From: Vicugna vicugna
Lineage: Eukaryota
Reading direction: 5' to 3'
DNA length: 64,000 nucleotides
NCBI GenBank assembly: GCA_013265495.1
Contig: MU058213.1
Span: 4,860,854-4,924,853 of the forward strand
Part shown: positions 61,478 through 64,000 of the stretch, one piece after another
Numbering within the stretch: position 1 is the stretch's first letter
Layout: every line of letters starts with the position of its first letter
The notes under the pieces: model-generated
What the model saw: the letters and a program-made list of their open reading frames with translations, nothing else
What the model was told of the DNA's origin: nothing
Databases searched by the model: none
Made by a program: the position numbers and the translations under genes

Positions 61478-63246
61478 CCGCCGACAGTCCAGGCATTTAC
61501 TTCAGGTCAACTGTTAGAACAGGGTCAACCCTAACCCAGGGCCCCCTGACTGATTTCTAGTTATGGGCTTGTCTCTTATTCCAGGGCAGACAGAGGAGCC
61601 TTATAATGAAAAGATTAAAAACCATCGTCTTAAAAAAAAAAAAAAAGGCAAGGGGAGGAGGAAGAGGAGGAAGGAAAGGTGCCATGCCATGGCCAGGAAA
61701 CCCAACTGGGTCTGAAGATAGTTGGCTTCTTCTGCAAGGCTCTGACCCCTTCTGTTGTCCAGTCTACCCCATTTTCATTGTTACTGACAATAAGACCAGA
61801 TCCTTGGTTTGTTTGGTTTTCTAGATTGTCAGAGCTGGAAAGAACTGTTGAGATGATCCCCAGTCCCCTTGTTTTGTGTAAGCAAACTGAGGCCAACAGA
61901 GAGAAATGACTTGAACAAGGTGTCTAGCTAGTGGCAGAGCCAGGGCTGCAACCCTGCTCTCTTGGTCCGGATACAGGGTCATGAGCACGATACTGGGCTC
62001 TGAAAAGCCAGGGGTGGTTGGAGCGGGGTGGTTGGGCCAGGTGGCTTCTAAAGCTCCTTGCAGCTTCAGTGTTCTGGGATTCTGGTTTCCAAGTGGCTTC
62101 TGTACTTTCTTTCATGTCTATTTACCACCATTGAAAATCCTTTCTCCTGACTCAGGTAGGTTTAGGATTGAGTCTAATTATTCAAAGTGGAAGCTGCGGA
62201 GTTGGGGGAGCTTTAGCGACGAGTCATTGACAAAGAGGACTCAGGTGTTAGAAAGTGTGTCTGATACCAGAGTTTCCAGATCTTCTAATATAAAGCTGTC
62301 GGTGACTCGGGGAGGTGGTAGGAGGGGCCCATAAGTCTGTGTCCAGTGACAGGAATTCTGGAGATAGAGACGCCATTTCTCTGGAAGGAGAGTTCAGCAG
62401 GTGACCTGAAGCATGGAATAGCAGCAGTATTAAACATTCCTGTCCCAGCGGGCGGCCTAGAGCAATAATCAACAGGCTTTTGACATCTGTCACGCACTTT
62501 TCTGAGTCACACACTCTGTTCCCTGGTACTCCCTTCATCACTGCCCTTCTCTACCTGAGGGAGGAAGGTGGAGCCTCTGCAGATGTTATGGTAACCTCAA
62601 CCACGTTGTCATGGCAGGTCGTCTCGATAAGTACAGATGGGAACAGCCCGTCCGAGGGAAAAGGGGAGTGTCTCCATTCTACACAACACCGATTTTGTCT
62701 TCCGATTTCAATTTGGGAATTTGGAAAATATAGAAAATACAAAGAAGAAAAGAAACACCATCCATAATCCTATCCCATCGTGAAAACTTCTTATTGGGGT
62801 TTCAGTGACTCTCTTCCTAGTCTTTTTCTTCCTCCTGTGCACGAACACATTTGAACATGCTTATGCTTTTTTTTCCAAATGGGATTCTTCTGTACTTACT
62901 ATTTTCAAACTCATTTTTTTTCCTATGTGAAATGATGTATTATGAACACTTTCCCTTGGAAAAGGTTTTTAACCATTCCCATCCATCCTAAGCAGCAGCA
63001 GGTGGTGCTGGCAGCAGCTGTGGGGTGCCATGGAGGGGACTGGCTGGCCCACCCAGCCACGGGGGGCAGACCTGCTGACCGCTGTGGGGGCCACAGCCGT
63101 TCAGACATCGGGGTCCCAGCCTTGCAGCTCCTGCGGGCTGATGTCCAGCTCAGCAGCTGATGACAAAGGGACGTCCCGGGGCGTGACTCTGGCCACGTGT
63201 TCTCGCACCACTGGATCTGGTTTTGTTTTTTTTTTCATCCCAACAG

Positions 63247-63399
63247 AAAACCCTTGTGGATGTTACTTTGGAAAATAGCAACATTAAGGATCAAATCCGA
63301 AGTCTGCAGCAGACATATGAAGCCTCCGTGGAGAAGCTGCGGGAAAAGCAGAGGCAGTTAGAGGTAGCGCAGGTTGAAAACCAGCTGCTGAAAATGAAG
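63247..63399 (+). CDS. MYZAP: MYZAP coding exon 6 (KTLVDVTLENSNIKDQIRSLQQTYEASVEKLREKQRQLEVAQVENQLLKMK), coiled-coil region
   Basis: Poly-T tract and caacag| acceptor, AAG|GTAAAG donor, 153 nt. Visible within ORF 63223..63756. Later exons lie outside the window. Confidence 0.95.
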
Positions 63400-64000
63400 G
63401 TAAAGTCCAGGAGCACAAAGTTCCTGCTCACCTTTCTCTCCTCTCTTCCCCCATCAGCTCTCCCATTTTCTTGTCTCTGTTGTCTTCTTTATTGCATTTC
63501 CCACCCTTTTGTGGCCAACCCCACAGGGCTTGACTTGAAGGTGCTGAAGGGGTTTCTGTGTTCACAGCTGCCAGCCCAGATTGGGGGTGCCCGTGTATAC
63601 CCCAGCATGGTGCACTCCTGCCTTGGCCCCAGTGGCCTTAGGGGCTGCCGAGACAGTCATCCGGGCACTGCTCTTCTGTACCAAGAAGGCACCTGGGATG
63701 CCTACTGGTCTGGGACCTCAGAAGCTTCACTGTTTAGATTTTCTCTGAGGTTCTGAGGCCTTTCTGTCTGGTTTGACAGCAAAGAGCTGAGGGGCAGCCA
63801 GGAAGAAAACAGGTGGGTGACCAAGGACCTGGGCAGTGTCCCTCCTGCCCACTAGGCTGTGCTTGGTCCTCAGCTCGGCTTCTAAGGCCCCGGAGGGTGT
63901 TGGTGCTCCTTCCAAATTTGAAGCAGGGGTCGATTTCCTCCCCAGTGCAGGAGCAGACCCACGAGTGGCTCGCGGAAGCCACTCACGTGATTTCCTGAAT

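Noticed and set aside
63223..63756. 177-aa ORF
   Set aside because: It is MYZAP exon 6 plus flanking intron; the hydrophobic tail derives from pyrimidine-rich intron sequence.
1..64000. Prokaryotic-type systems (CRISPR array, operon, defence island, rRNA or tRNA genes)
   Set aside because: The DNA is intron-rich mammalian sequence. I saw no regularly spaced repeat-spacer array, and the tRNA-like A/B boxes belong to SINEs.

Overview
Mammalian genomic DNA, probably camelid, judged from three Vic-1-like tRNA-derived SINEs recognised from memory. The right half holds the CpG-island promoter and the first six coding exons of MYZAP (myocardial zonula adherens protein, GCOM1 locus) on the + strand. 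All six exons have canonical GT/AG junctions in phase 0, and the gene continues past the window end. The main accessory feature is a full-length ~7.15-kb LINE-1 on the - strand (about 10460-17620) with uninterrupted ORF1 (300 aa) and ORF2 (1265 aa). It is nested inside an older L1, which is itself nested inside a still older L1. This L1 has several less usual traits: a ~400-bp inter-ORF spacer carrying an AUG-initiated ORF that overlaps the ORF2 start, an antisense strong-Kozak ORF and degenerate 59-bp repeats in the 5'UTR, and a YADD RT motif. The rest is typical ancient repeat debris (L1M, L2, MIR, MER DNA transposons, MaLR/ERVL LTRs) plus one clean ERV1-type solo LTR. A SRF/MEF2/GATA motif cluster in MYZAP intron 1 is a candidate enhancer. 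I found no evidence of a wholly new biological system. Repeat family names are from recall, not database searches.
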